Shown: piece by piece, positions 44,260-52,996 of the stretch
Position numbering within the stretch: position 1 is the first letter of the stretch
Layout: every line of letters starts with the position of its first letter
Assembly (NCBI GenBank): GCA_044351795.1
Contig: JBILFA010000004.1
Span: 3 to 64,002 of the forward strand
Length of the DNA: 64,000 nucleotides
Source: Bdellovibrionota bacterium
GTDB lineage: Bacteria; Bdellovibrionota_C; UBA2361; OMII01
Reading direction: 5' to 3'
Notes under the pieces: model-generated
The model's input: the letters and a program-made list of their open reading frames with translations, nothing else
Database searches by the model: none
Told to the model about the DNA's origin: nothing
Position numbers and translations under genes: made by a program

Positions 44260-44700
44260 TTGCGGGCGCTCGAATTAACCACTGACCGAATCGACATGTC
44301 CGAGGGTGTCATAACCTTTGAGTCACTCAAAAAACGGAAGAGGGGAGTCTATCGCTCGGTGCCTGTTCCTCCAAAGCTTCTCGATGAACTAGAGCTCGTC
44401 CACTCGATTCGAGAGACGGAGCGGAACCGAAAGAAGGGAAAGAAGGTTTACTTGTGGGACTGGTCGCGGGCTACCGCGTGGCGTCGAGTCAAAGAAGTGC
44501 TCGATGCGGCGGGAGTAGGAGAGGGGCCGGCAGCATCACCCAAAGGGCTGCGCCACGGGTTCGGCGTTGCTGCCGTCTCCGCTGGTATCCCGCTTAATCT
44601 ACTGCAAAAGTGGTTAGGCCACGCGCAGCTATCTACTACCGCTATCTATGCCGATGCGGTTGGAGCAGAGGAAAAGAATATAGCTTCCAGGATGTGGTGA
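44260..44700 (+). pseudogene. Truncated tyrosine recombinase (catalytic domain only)
   Basis: RALELTTDRIDM (Arg I region), GLRHGFGVAAVSAG and LGHAQLSTTAIYA (Tyr) are present. The frame opens only at 44239 after a stop, has no ATG, and lacks an N-terminal core-binding domain. Confidence 0.55.
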
Positions 44701-44846
44701 CTCTTTAAGGGAGCTAAACGAGCGTTTAGGTTCTTAACAAGCCGCAAAATCGCTTCATCGGAAATACGCTTTTACGATTCTGCGTTTTTACGATTGCCTG
44801 GTAGGGCGATGTGGTAGCCTCAAAGAGGCCTAAGCGAGCTTCAGAT

Positions 44847-45212
44847 CTATTTGATACGCCTGCACTTAGTGCCGCAGGCTCTTCTGAGCCTGCGGACAAG
44901 AGATATTTGATCTTGAGCAACTATAAAAAAGTTATGAGCCAGGGTAATGAGCGAAGTGGTAAAAGTTCCATAAGCGTCAATTAACCCTTGGTCTGTTTCT
45001 GTTTGTGCGGCAAAGGCACTCCCCACAGTGCGTGCAGGGGTTACCCATTGGTAGGATCCGTCGCCTGTAACATAACACGTTGGTGGCTCTTGATATAAGC
45101 TTCTCTCTGCGTCTGTAACATAGCAGCCTGCAGGAACAGGTTCCGCGAATGTCGCGTTAGTGTGCACAACGCTCAGCACAAGTGACGCCATTATAATACG
45201 GAATTTACGCAT
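44847..45212 (-). CDS. Small secreted protein (hypothetical)
   Basis: Signal peptide MRKFRIIMASLVLSVVHTNATFA. Flanked by 29-bp direct repeats at 44814 and 45312. Confidence 0.5.
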   Translation of the reverse strand: MRKFRIIMASLVLSVVHTNATFAEPVPAGCYVTDAERSLYQEPPTCYVTGDGSYQWVTPARTVGSAFAAQTETDQGLIDAYGTFTTSLITLAHNFFIVAQDQISLVRRLRRACGTKCRRIK

Positions 45213-45463
45213 GGACGCCTCTTAAGATGGGTTTATGTTAGGCTAAGAGCCTAGCTAAAAAACACTACCCGATCTAGGGGTATCTGACCCATATATTAAG
45301 ATTAGGGTATAGTAGCCTCAAAGAGACCTAAGCGAGCTTCCTTGGGGAGGTCGTTGTATTTCCCGCCGGTCTCTTCAAGGTACGGTCTTATATCGGCGAT
45401 TCAAGACGTTTGTTGCGTGGGTCAGCGGCAGCTCTAGAAACTCGTTAGCCTATCCGTGTGCGC

Positions 45464-46015
45464 TCACTTGGCAGGTAAAGCGGAAACGCGAACCGGACAA
45501 TCCAGCTTAATAGTATCAAACCGACCGCCGTCGGTTGCTCGAAGAGGAACAAGCTGCCAAGCGACCACCTTCCCAAGTATATCGGAATCTTTTGAAACAG
45601 CTCCGGAAAAGTCAGTTAACGAGAAGGGGCCCAAATTACCGTATTCATCGAGATTATATGAGAATCGATAAGTTGACACCGTGCCCAAATATCGTTGCTC
45701 TAGAGTCATTGAATTTCTAGTTGCGCTAGTAACTTTGAGATCGCCCGAATTTGTGCTTGTAGTCTCCACTTTGATAAATCCGTAAGAGCCTAATCCAAAT
45801 CCTCCCAAGTCCCAGCACTGATTAAGGGTCACAGTTTGCAAACGGCAGTCACCCGCATAGCAGGCTAATTCGACTTCGTGATATCCCTTTCCAATCGCAC
45901 CATTTTCGGACTGACGATAAGTAACGCGGAGCGTGCCATTTGGGATTTGAGCCTCAGAAGTACCTAAGAAGGTAAACATAAATAGGTAGGTTAGTAGTAA
46001 GGTGATTAGTCTCAT
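45464..46015 (-). CDS. Secreted protein (hypothetical)
   Basis: Probable start ATG 46015. MRLITLLLTYLFMFTFLGTSEA is a signal peptide. No known motif. Confidence 0.5.
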   Translation of the reverse strand: MRLITLLLTYLFMFTFLGTSEAQIPNGTLRVTYRQSENGAIGKGYHEVELACYAGDCRLQTVTLNQCWDLGGFGLGSYGFIKVETTSTNSGDLKVTSATRNSMTLEQRYLGTVSTYRFSYNLDEYGNLGPFSLTDFSGAVSKDSDILGKVVAWQLVPLRATDGGRFDTIKLDCPVRVSALPAK

Positions 46016-46186
46016 GTCCTTGAACCTCCTATACACAAACGCAGTCTACGCACGTAGCTCAGTAATTCCATAATCGGTTACATTAGACGAACCGCATGGT
46101 CTCTGGTAGTGCGAAGAACTGTTTAATACCAGCAGCATCACCTAAAGGAGGGCTACGCCACGGGCTCGGCGTTTTTGTTACGTGGG

Positions 46187-46372
46187 TCAGCGCCTAAATC
46201 GTGAGCGCGATAGCCCGAGATTGTGTTGCTGTTCTTTCTTCTGCTCGTACTCTCTAGTGCGCGCGTCGAGTTCCTGGGTGTCGATCTCTGGCATCTGTCC
46301 GGCCTTCGCTCGAGTCCTCTCTAGCCGTCTTCTCGTCTGAAAGAATCGGTCTTCGCTCTGAAAAAGTGCCAT
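46187..46372 (-). CDS. Small conserved charged protein (paralog of 9378-9482)
   Basis: ...RTRAKAGQMPEIDTQELDARTREYEQKKEQQHNLGLSRSRFRR. The DNA is an inverted copy of 9365-9483. Confidence 0.45.
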   Translation of the reverse strand: MALFQSEDRFFQTRRRLERTRAKAGQMPEIDTQELDARTREYEQKKEQQHNLGLSRSRFRR

Positions 46373-46380
46373 CTAAAGTG

Positions 46381-46592
46381 CTTACTCAAAAGTTCTGCCA
46401 GGGGCCCGCGCCGGAGGAGCCGTCGCACCCTGTCATACCTTTTGACGCACTTTAGAAGTCACTTTCCGCTCAGGTACAGCTCTCTTCTTTGGTTAAGGTC
46501 TTCCGCTTCGCTCCAGGCAGACAAGGCCATTTTATCCTTTCGGAATGTGGCGGGGGGTCAGCGGGAGTGAACCCCCCGCCACCTCCCGAAAG
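46381..46592 (+). repeat. Structured intergenic element, copy 1 (upstream of the small ORF and radC)
   Basis: Homologous to 47501-47705. It ends in the hairpin ctttcggaatgtggcgggggg-tcagcgggagtgaa-ccccccgccacctcccgaaag (46537-46592). Confidence 0.7.
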
Positions 46593-46657
46593 CGATGTTT
46601 TTTACATCACTAACGGGACAAGGCGGCCTTAAACCAAAAGAAAGGAGCTTTGACACG

Positions 46658-46867
46658 ATGAGCATCACGAAGATCGAACAACAATCCTTAAACATTCCAG
46701 CTAAGGGAACGAGCGAGATCGATCTCTCGCTTCACACCTTTACCAGCTCAGACGAAAACCTCATGAGCCTTCTTGAGAGCTTCATGAAGCTGCAGGTTGA
46801 TCTTGAGTTCTTAGAGATTCGATTCCGAGAGCTTCAACAACAGATCACAAGCTTCATCCTTCGGTGA
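46658..46867 (+). CDS. Hypothetical small protein
   Basis: ATG 46658 with SD aaaggag at 46641. 69 aa with a coiled-coil-like C-terminus. Confidence 0.45.
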   Translation: MSITKIEQQSLNIPAKGTSEIDLSLHTFTSSDENLMSLLESFMKLQVDLEFLEIRFRELQQQITSFILR

Positions 46868-46930
46868 CGTGGCTCCTCTTGTGGCCTCCCCCCCTCAAGG
46901 AGGAGGCCATAAGGCCCTTGCACGAAACTA

Positions 46931-47404
46931 ATGCTCAAAAACCAAATTTCAATCGAAAGGCTACGCATCATGGAAACAACTATCGTAAGAGAAGTCACTG
47001 TTAACTATCGAAGCTCTGTAGCGATGTCGGAAACCCTCTCGGGGCCGGCAGCCGTGGCAGCGATTTTCCGTCAGATCCTTCCCGACAATTCACGTGAGCA
47101 TCTGATGGCGCTTTACCTAAATGGTGTCCACCAGCCGATCGCCTACTCGATAGTCTCTACGGGTACGGCAACCTCAAGCGCTGCGCACCCTCGAGAACTC
47201 TTTCAGCCAGCCTTGTTAGTGGGGGCAGTTGCTTTGCTCATCGGACATAATCATCCATCGGGGAGTCTCGAGCCGAGTAAAGAGGATCGGACCGTCACGC
47301 GCCGCATCAAGGAGGTGTCAGAGCTTATCGGGATCAAACTGCTCGACCACGTTATCGTGACCGATGAAGGCTACATGTCATTTAGTGACAGGGGCGAGCT
47401 GTAG
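46931..47404 (+). CDS. radC: RadC-like JAB/MPN domain protein
   Basis: GHNHPSGSLEPSKEDRTVTRRI is the JAMM motif H-x-H-P-x-G...S..D. Confidence 0.85.
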   Translation: MLKNQISIERLRIMETTIVREVTVNYRSSVAMSETLSGPAAVAAIFRQILPDNSREHLMALYLNGVHQPIAYSIVSTGTATSSAAHPRELFQPALLVGAVALLIGHNHPSGSLEPSKEDRTVTRRIKEVSELIGIKLLDHVIVTDEGYMSFSDRGEL

Positions 47405-47500
47405 GAAAGAAACAGGTTAGGGGACCCCGTGTGAGGTCCTCTACTACAGATAGGGAGAAGGCAGAAACTGTCCTCGCTCTATGAAGTGCCCACTACAGCG

Positions 47501-47705
47501 CTTACTCAAAAGTTCTGCCAGGGGCCCGCGCCGGTGAAACCGTCGCACCCTGTCATACCTTTTGACGCGCTGTAGCAGGCACTTCCCGCTCGGGGCTCCT
47601 TGTTTGGCAGCGGTCTTTCGCTGCGCTCCAGTCGTAGCAGCCTTTTATCTCCACTTGGAAAGTGGCGGGGGGTCAGCGGGAGTGAACCCCCCGCCACCTT
47701 CCAAG
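47501..47705 (+). repeat. Structured intergenic element, copy 2 (upstream of ardC)
   Basis: The first roughly 75 nt are nearly identical to copy 1. It ends in the hairpin cttggaaagtggcgggggg-tcagcgggagtgaa-ccccccgccaccttccaag (47654-47705), with an identical 14-nt loop. Confidence 0.7.
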
Positions 47706-47789
47706 TTCGTTGGTTTTGTTTTCTTCGGTGGGTTAGAGACGGTTTGCTTGAGGGTGGCGGGGCTTTTTCTTTTAACAGGAGGGCTCCCT

Positions 47790-48671
47790 ATGAACGTCTT
47801 TCAGAGTGTAACTCAAACCATCGTCGAGAAACTAAGTGAGGGTGTGATCCCTTGGCGTAAAACCTGGGCGGGAGGTCTTCCCGCTAGCTACCGCTCGAGA
47901 AAGGAGTACCGAGGGATAAACATCATCCTGTTAGGCCTTCAGGATTTTACCTCTCGGTACTGGGTAACGTTCAAGGAAGCGCAGCGCCTAGGCGGCTTTG
48001 TGTCCAAGGGCTCAAAGAGTGCAAAGGTCATCTACTGGCACTGGAGGACAGAGGAGGAGCGCGCGCAGTTAAAGGCTTCCGGTAAGTGTGAGGCTCCAGC
48101 ACCCTGTTTCCCCTTCATCTCATCGGTGTTTAACCTCGAGCAGACTGAAGGGTTAGAGATTCCAGAGGATGACATTCACGTGGAGCGGAAGGTAAAACTG
48201 GCCGCTGCTGAGGAGTTCTTAAGCCACCTGAAAGGGGGGCCGCAGGTGACCCACGGACTTTCGTTTGCTCCGTGCTACCAGCCGCTTGTGGACGTCATCC
48301 AGATGCCGCACCTCTCCCAGTTCTGTAGCGCTGAGCACTACTACTCAACGCTTTTTCATGAGCTTGTGCACAGCACAGGGCACTCCTCACGGCTTAACCG
48401 CGAGCTGGCCTCAAGTCGTAACGTGCTCGCCTATAGCTACGAAGAGCTTGTGGCAGAGCTTGGAGCAGCTTTCCTGTGTGCCATCACAGGCATTGAGAAT
48501 CAAAGAACCGTAGCCGACCACGCTGCATACATCGACGGGTGGAAGCGCTTTCTGTCGAGTGACTCAAGCGCCTTTCTTCGTGCTGCAGGTGACGCACAGC
48601 GCGCTGTAGACCTCTTGCGAGGGGGAGCGCTCGAGCACAAGGAGAAGGAGGAGGAGGCAGAGGCGGCCTAG
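47790..48671 (+). CDS. ardC: ArdC-like antirestriction protein (ssDNA-binding N-domain plus zincin metallopeptidase)
   Basis: Start refined to ATG 47790 (SD aggagg). N-terminus: IPWRKTW...YRGINIILL. C-terminus: the HExxH motif FHELVHSTGH. The track start at 47562 would translate the repeat element. Confidence 0.8.
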   Translation: MNVFQSVTQTIVEKLSEGVIPWRKTWAGGLPASYRSRKEYRGINIILLGLQDFTSRYWVTFKEAQRLGGFVSKGSKSAKVIYWHWRTEEERAQLKASGKCEAPAPCFPFISSVFNLEQTEGLEIPEDDIHVERKVKLAAAEEFLSHLKGGPQVTHGLSFAPCYQPLVDVIQMPHLSQFCSAEHYYSTLFHELVHSTGHSSRLNRELASSRNVLAYSYEELVAELGAAFLCAITGIENQRTVADHAAYIDGWKRFLSSDSSAFLRAAGDAQRAVDLLRGGALEHKEKEEEAEAA

Positions 48672-48976
48672 GGGGGCCGTTTGTAAAAGGTGGGGAGAGC
48701 GGACTCTCCCCGCTGGGTTTTCCAGCTAGTGAAGTCAGATTCGGGAGAGGCTACGGAAGCGAGCGAGGCAGATACGGGAGAACTTAGCGGAACAGGTAGC
48801 GTAGGCGATCACAAGGCTTCTATAGAGAGAGAATGTCCAACAAAGGCGTATGCGCTGGATATTATTATTAATATTTGTCTAAACAAGTAAGGCGCATGTG
48901 GTAGGGGGATTTATACAGGTTTTAGCAGAAAAGATTTTAATTGACCCATAGGTACGTAATAGCGTACGCTTTTGTT

Positions 48977-49219
48977 ATGGATAGCACTTCTGCCACCAAG
49001 GCCCGGGCCTCCTTGTACAAACTCATAGATGAAGTTGGGGAGTCTGAGCGTCCTGTGCTCATCACGGGAAAGAGAAAGAACGCGGTGCTCATCTCTGAAG
49101 AGTCATGGAATGCAATTCAGGAAACTCTTTACCTTGTGTCTATTCCGGGGATGAGAGACTCGATACGGGAAGGTCTAGCGACTCCTGTGGAAGATTGCAG
49201 TGATGAGGTCGAGTGGTAG
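48977..49219 (+). CDS. yefM: Phd/YefM-family antitoxin
   Basis: MDSTSATKARASLYKLIDEV...PVLITGKRKNAVLISEESWNAIQETLYL. Start refined to ATG 48977. Confidence 0.85.
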   Translation: MDSTSATKARASLYKLIDEVGESERPVLITGKRKNAVLISEESWNAIQETLYLVSIPGMRDSIREGLATPVEDCSDEVEW

Positions 49220-49485
49220 AGGCCCAGTGGAAGCTGGTATTTACCAAACAGGCTCAGAAGGACGCTAAGAAACTTTCCTCTTCAGGCCTCCAAGACAAGG
49301 CGCAAAAGTTACTAGCAATCCTCAAAGCCAATCCGTATCAGAATCCTCCCCCATACGAAAAATTGGTTGGAGATCTGGAAGGTGCCTATTCAAGGCGCAT
49401 CAACATTCAGCACCGGTTAGTGTACGAAGTGGTCTTAGAAGGCAAGCTCGTGAAGGTGATTCGTATGTGGACGCATTACGAGTAG
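49213..49485 (+). CDS. yoeB: Txe/YoeB-family toxin (mRNA interferase)
   Basis: KLVFTKQAQKDAKKL...YSRRINIQHRLVYEV...VKVIRMWTHYE. 7-nt overlap with the antitoxin gene. Confidence 0.85.
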   Translation: MVEAQWKLVFTKQAQKDAKKLSSSGLQDKAQKLLAILKANPYQNPPPYEKLVGDLEGAYSRRINIQHRLVYEVVLEGKLVKVIRMWTHYE

Positions 49486-49547
49486 TTCACTTCGTCTACC
49501 TTCTTTGCTGCCCGCTCCTTAGCAGAGAATAGCGGCGCAAGAACCGC

Positions 49548-49643
49548 GAGGGGTAAAACGCGGATTATCTCAGCTAGGAAAGCCAAGCGTAAGGAGAGGA
49601 GGGGTTACTATGAGCGTCTCAAAGAAACGATTGAAGGAGCTTA
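49548..49643 (+). pseudogene. Possible BrnT toxin C-terminal remnant
   Basis: The frame reads ...RGKTRIISARKAKRKERRGYYE..., resembling the conserved BrnT tail (RIISARkAtk.Er..Y). It overlaps the brnA start in the usual brnT-brnA layout. There is no start codon, and the upstream part is replaced by yefM-yoeB. Confidence 0.3.
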
Positions 49644-49864
49644 GAGCGATTAAGGGCTCTGCTATCGACACCTCAGATATACCGGAGCTCGATGAAAGCT
49701 TCTGGAAGAAGGCAAAGGTTCACGTACCCAAGGCTAAGATAGCGATCTCGATTAGGCTCGATGCGGAGGTGCTCGACTGGTTTCGCTCCCAGGGAAAGGG
49801 GTACCAATCCATCATGAACGCAGTCTTGAAATCCTTTGTAGAGGCACGCAAAGGACGTTCCTAA
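49610..49864 (+). CDS. brnA: BrnA-family antitoxin
   Basis: IDTSDIPELDESFWKKAKV...ISIRLDAEVLDWFRSQGKGYQSIMNAVLKSFVEA. Confidence 0.8.
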   Translation: MSVSKKRLKELRAIKGSAIDTSDIPELDESFWKKAKVHVPKAKIAISIRLDAEVLDWFRSQGKGYQSIMNAVLKSFVEARKGRS

Positions 49865-49900
49865 GAGGCGTCCCTATCTAGACAGCCGCGCGCTCTCTTT

Positions 49901-50128
49901 TCAATTTCGTAAGCCCCTGGATGGGTCCGCCAGGATGAGCGAGGAAACGAGCTCCATGAGCGCTGTATTTGAAGCCTTTAGGTAGTGGATCTCTGCCTGC
50001 TGCTCCTCGAGTCTAGTTGCTTGCTCGGCCATGACCTCTTCATAGAGCGTGATGACATCGGCTGCCGTTGTCAGGGTCTCATTGAGGATGTCTCCTCCGC
50101 ATCGGGGCAGTGGCCGTTGTCTTCTCAT
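49901..50128 (-). CDS. Hypothetical small protein
   Basis: 75-aa ORF, helical, with no recognisable motif. Confidence 0.25.
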   Translation of the reverse strand: MRRQRPLPRCGGDILNETLTTAADVITLYEEVMAEQATRLEEQQAEIHYLKASNTALMELVSSLILADPSRGLRN

Positions 50129-50243
50129 ACTCTCTCTCTCCTTGCATAGCGGTTACTGGATAATCGCCACTTACAGAGAAATGTTGCGTCCTAGAGTGGT
50201 TTCTTTTCACGTAAGACCCTTGCTGGGGCTTACGTTCTTGGAA

Positions 50244-50258
50244 TGCCTCATTCAGGAG
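50244..50258 (+). promoter_or_regulatory. Upstream box copy (tGCCTCATTCAGGag)
   Basis: About 330 nt upstream of the S8 protease gene. The box plus roughly 55 nt downstream is homologous to 54791-54860. Confidence 0.35.
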
Positions 50259-50587
50259 CCCCTGGGAGGGTCTCTTTGAAAAGCTATGAAGCCTTGATGC
50301 AAGAATCCAGAACCGGCGTATGGTTTTACCAGGGAGAAAGGCAACCCTTCGAAACGCTAAGCAATTCAGCAGGTCAGGGCACCTTTTAAGGGTACTTCTC
50401 AAGACAAATGAAATGGTACGCCGTGCATGGTCGTGTTTTCTTGATGAATTGTATGGGTCAATAAGCTACATTGCTCGACGATAAGCTTTGCGCTGGTGTT
50501 TCTTTTAGTGTCGCGCACGGAATCTTAGGTCAATCAATCGTTAGCGTGGTTTTTGAAACGTTTTGATTCAGCTAAGGGAGTGTAGAG

Positions 50588-52663
50588 ATGCAAAACGGGA
50601 AAAACCGACTCGTTGTCTTAGTTGCTTGTGCAGCATTTTTGGTGACTACTCTGGGCGGCGAGACCCCGACAGCTGCAGCGCAAACTGAGCCTGTGAAGGT
50701 AGTTACCGGGCGTTACATCATAACGCGCAAATCCACGAGCACCGCTCGCGCCGCCACTGCCACACGCAACTATGTCACCCAACGTTCGACGGGGTACTTC
50801 GATGTGGTCGTCCCGAAATCAAGTCGGGTGAGTGTGCAATCTGTAGCCAATCAGACCGAGACGCTCAATTGGTCCAAGGTCGCTCAAGATTGTCGGGCGA
50901 TCGAGCAGGATCCGACCGTTGCCTCGTGTGAGCCGGATGTGCTCGTTCCGCTTCAAGCGATTCCTAACGACGCAAGCTTTGGAGAGTTGTGGGGGTTCCA
51001 TGATCCCGTAAACGATGTCGACGTGGACGCCCCTCGAGCATGGGATCGAGGCACGGGATCAGCATCAGTACTGGTTGGAGTGATCGACTCAGGTATTTAC
51101 TATGAGCATCCGGATTTATCTCCAAACATTTGGAATCATCCGGCAGAGCCAGTGGACGGTGTCGATAACGACGGCAATGGGTACGTCGATGATGTCCGGG
51201 GCATCAACGGTCACTTTGGAGACAACGATCCTATCGATTGTAGCGGACACGGTACGCACGTAGCGGGGATTATCGGTGCCAAGGGAAATAACGGGATAGG
51301 TGTCACGGGCGTCAACTGGAGCTCGAGTATTGTCAGCGTCTCAGCTCGCTACGACTGTAGCGGTTATTTATCCTCGGCAGGGATCATAGCCGGATACGAC
51401 TATTTCTACGATCTGAAGGTGCGAGGGTATAATGTTCGTGTGGTCAACGCATCCTTCGGAGGAGTGGTGTACTCGCAAGCCGCATACGATGCAATCGCAC
51501 GATTACATGCGGTAGGAGTGCTCCTGGTAGCAGCAGCAGGTAATGAAGAGAATAACAACTCGGCTAATCCTTCATATCCGGCGTCTTATGACCTTCCAAA
51601 CGTGATCGCAGTAGCGGCGACGAACAAGAATTTAGCACTGGCGAGTTACTCTAACTACGGCGCAAATGTGCATATCGCTGCGCCGGGTGGAGAGCCTGCT
51701 GATCCACAGGGCAAAATACTAAGTACCTATTCGCCACTGGCGGAGGGGGAAAAGTGGTATAAAGGTTTAGCAGGAACCTCTATGGCTGCTCCAATAGTGG
51801 CGGGGGCGATTGCACTTGTGGCATCTCAGGCGCCGCAGCTCTCAGGCGTGCAGCTCAAGGAGATCATGTTTACTTCGGCCTTTAAACTCTCGCACCTTGA
51901 AGGGGTGGTTGCGGGGGGGCGATTCCTCAATTTAGGGAGTATGGCGGAGTTGGCAGCTCAACCGAGTGATCAGTGTCCCAGTGATCCCGACAAGACTACA
52001 CCTGGGGAGTGTGGCTGCGGCGTAGCCGATACCGACTCAGATGGGGATGGGGTAGCCAATTGTAAGGACTCTTGCCCAAGTGATCTAGGCAAAACATCCC
52101 CGGGAGCATGCGGTTGTGGCGTAACCGATACCGATTCAGATGGGGATGGGGTAGCCAATTGTAAGGACTCTTGTCCAAATGATAGTGGCAAGACATCGCT
52201 TGGGGCATGCGGTTGTGGAGTCGCCGATACGGACTCAGACGGAGATGGGACCCCTAATTGCCAGGACTCTTGTCCAAGTGATGGAGGTAAGACAACTCCT
52301 GGGGCGTGCGGGTGCGGAATCGCGGATACCGATGTTAACGGTAATGGGAAGATCGACTGCCTCGACACGGGTCTTACGTCTATCGTACCTCAGAAGCCCC
52401 AACTTACTGTCCGTGGGAGAAATGTGTTCATCTCCATGGCGCCCAGCACAGGGGTCAACTATTACTTGCAGATTAGCTTGATCCCCACATGGGAAACCGG
52501 GAAGAAGCGACAGACGAAAATTTATGTGGTGAGCTCTCCGGTAGTGAAAATGCCCAAGCCACCGCGAAGGTGGGGCGTACGAGTGCGCTATGCGTACCTG
52601 GCTAAAGGAAGTGACAGAGACTTCTCATACTGGAGCCACTTTACCAATCAAACTATGCGCTGA
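50588..52663 (+). CDS. Secreted S8 (subtilisin-like) serine peptidase with Cys-rich TSP3-like repeats
   Basis: Signal peptide. Catalytic triad contexts GVIDSGI (D), HGTHVAGIIGA (H) and GTSMAAPIVAG (S). Followed by four 33-aa modules CPSD.GKT.PGACGCGV.DTDSDGDG..NC.DS. Confidence 0.9.
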   Translation: MQNGKNRLVVLVACAAFLVTTLGGETPTAAAQTEPVKVVTGRYIITRKSTSTARAATATRNYVTQRSTGYFDVVVPKSSRVSVQSVANQTETLNWSKVAQDCRAIEQDPTVASCEPDVLVPLQAIPNDASFGELWGFHDPVNDVDVDAPRAWDRGTGSASVLVGVIDSGIYYEHPDLSPNIWNHPAEPVDGVDNDGNGYVDDVRGINGHFGDNDPIDCSGHGTHVAGIIGAKGNNGIGVTGVNWSSSIVSVSARYDCSGYLSSAGIIAGYDYFYDLKVRGYNVRVVNASFGGVVYSQAAYDAIARLHAVGVLLVAAAGNEENNNSANPSYPASYDLPNVIAVAATNKNLALASYSNYGANVHIAAPGGEPADPQGKILSTYSPLAEGEKWYKGLAGTSMAAPIVAGAIALVASQAPQLSGVQLKEIMFTSAFKLSHLEGVVAGGRFLNLGSMAELAAQPSDQCPSDPDKTTPGECGCGVADTDSDGDGVANCKDSCPSDLGKTSPGACGCGVTDTDSDGDGVANCKDSCPNDSGKTSLGACGCGVADTDSDGDGTPNCQDSCPSDGGKTTPGACGCGIADTDVNGNGKIDCLDTGLTSIVPQKPQLTVRGRNVFISMAPSTGVNYYLQISLIPTWETGKKRQTKIYVVSSPVVKMPKPPRRWGVRVRYAYLAKGSDRDFSYWSHFTNQTMR
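51974..52369 (+). repeat. 4 x 99-bp in-frame tandem repeat inside the S8 peptidase gene
   Basis: Modules 2 and 3 share long identical DNA stretches (gatggggatggggtagccaattgtaaggactcttg). Confidence 0.85.
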
Positions 52664-52996
52664 TGTGGTTGGGGGAGTAGCTCGACTTGCGTAGACGTCG
52701 TTCTCGAAAATAATGGAGTGCTTGAACGCTGCTCGAGCCGTAAGGAGGGCCGCCGAAAGTGCTCCTCTGAGTATGCCACGGAGTGGCAGAGGTAGCCTAA
52801 GGCACGACTTTTGGAAGCTTAGCAAAGCGGCAAAAATACCGGCAATAACTTCGGTGTTTAATGGACTAACATATTGATGTCACCTATCAAGTAGGAGTTT
52901 CTGAAGCGGCACAAGCCAGCACCCCACTACAGATCCCCTTCGCAGCCGACAAGAGCGGTGACCCATGTGGGTATTTATTGATACCTTTATTGCCAA

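Noticed and set aside
47562-47789. N-terminal extension of the ArdC ORF from the track start at 47562
   Set aside because: The extension translates the duplicated structured intergenic element, including the GC hairpin. A strong SD (aggagg) precedes ATG 47790, and typical ArdC proteins begin at the corresponding residues.
51970-52368. 132-aa minus-strand ORF with repeated PSPSESVS segments
   Set aside because: It is the antisense shadow of the 99-bp tandem repeats in the S8 peptidase gene.
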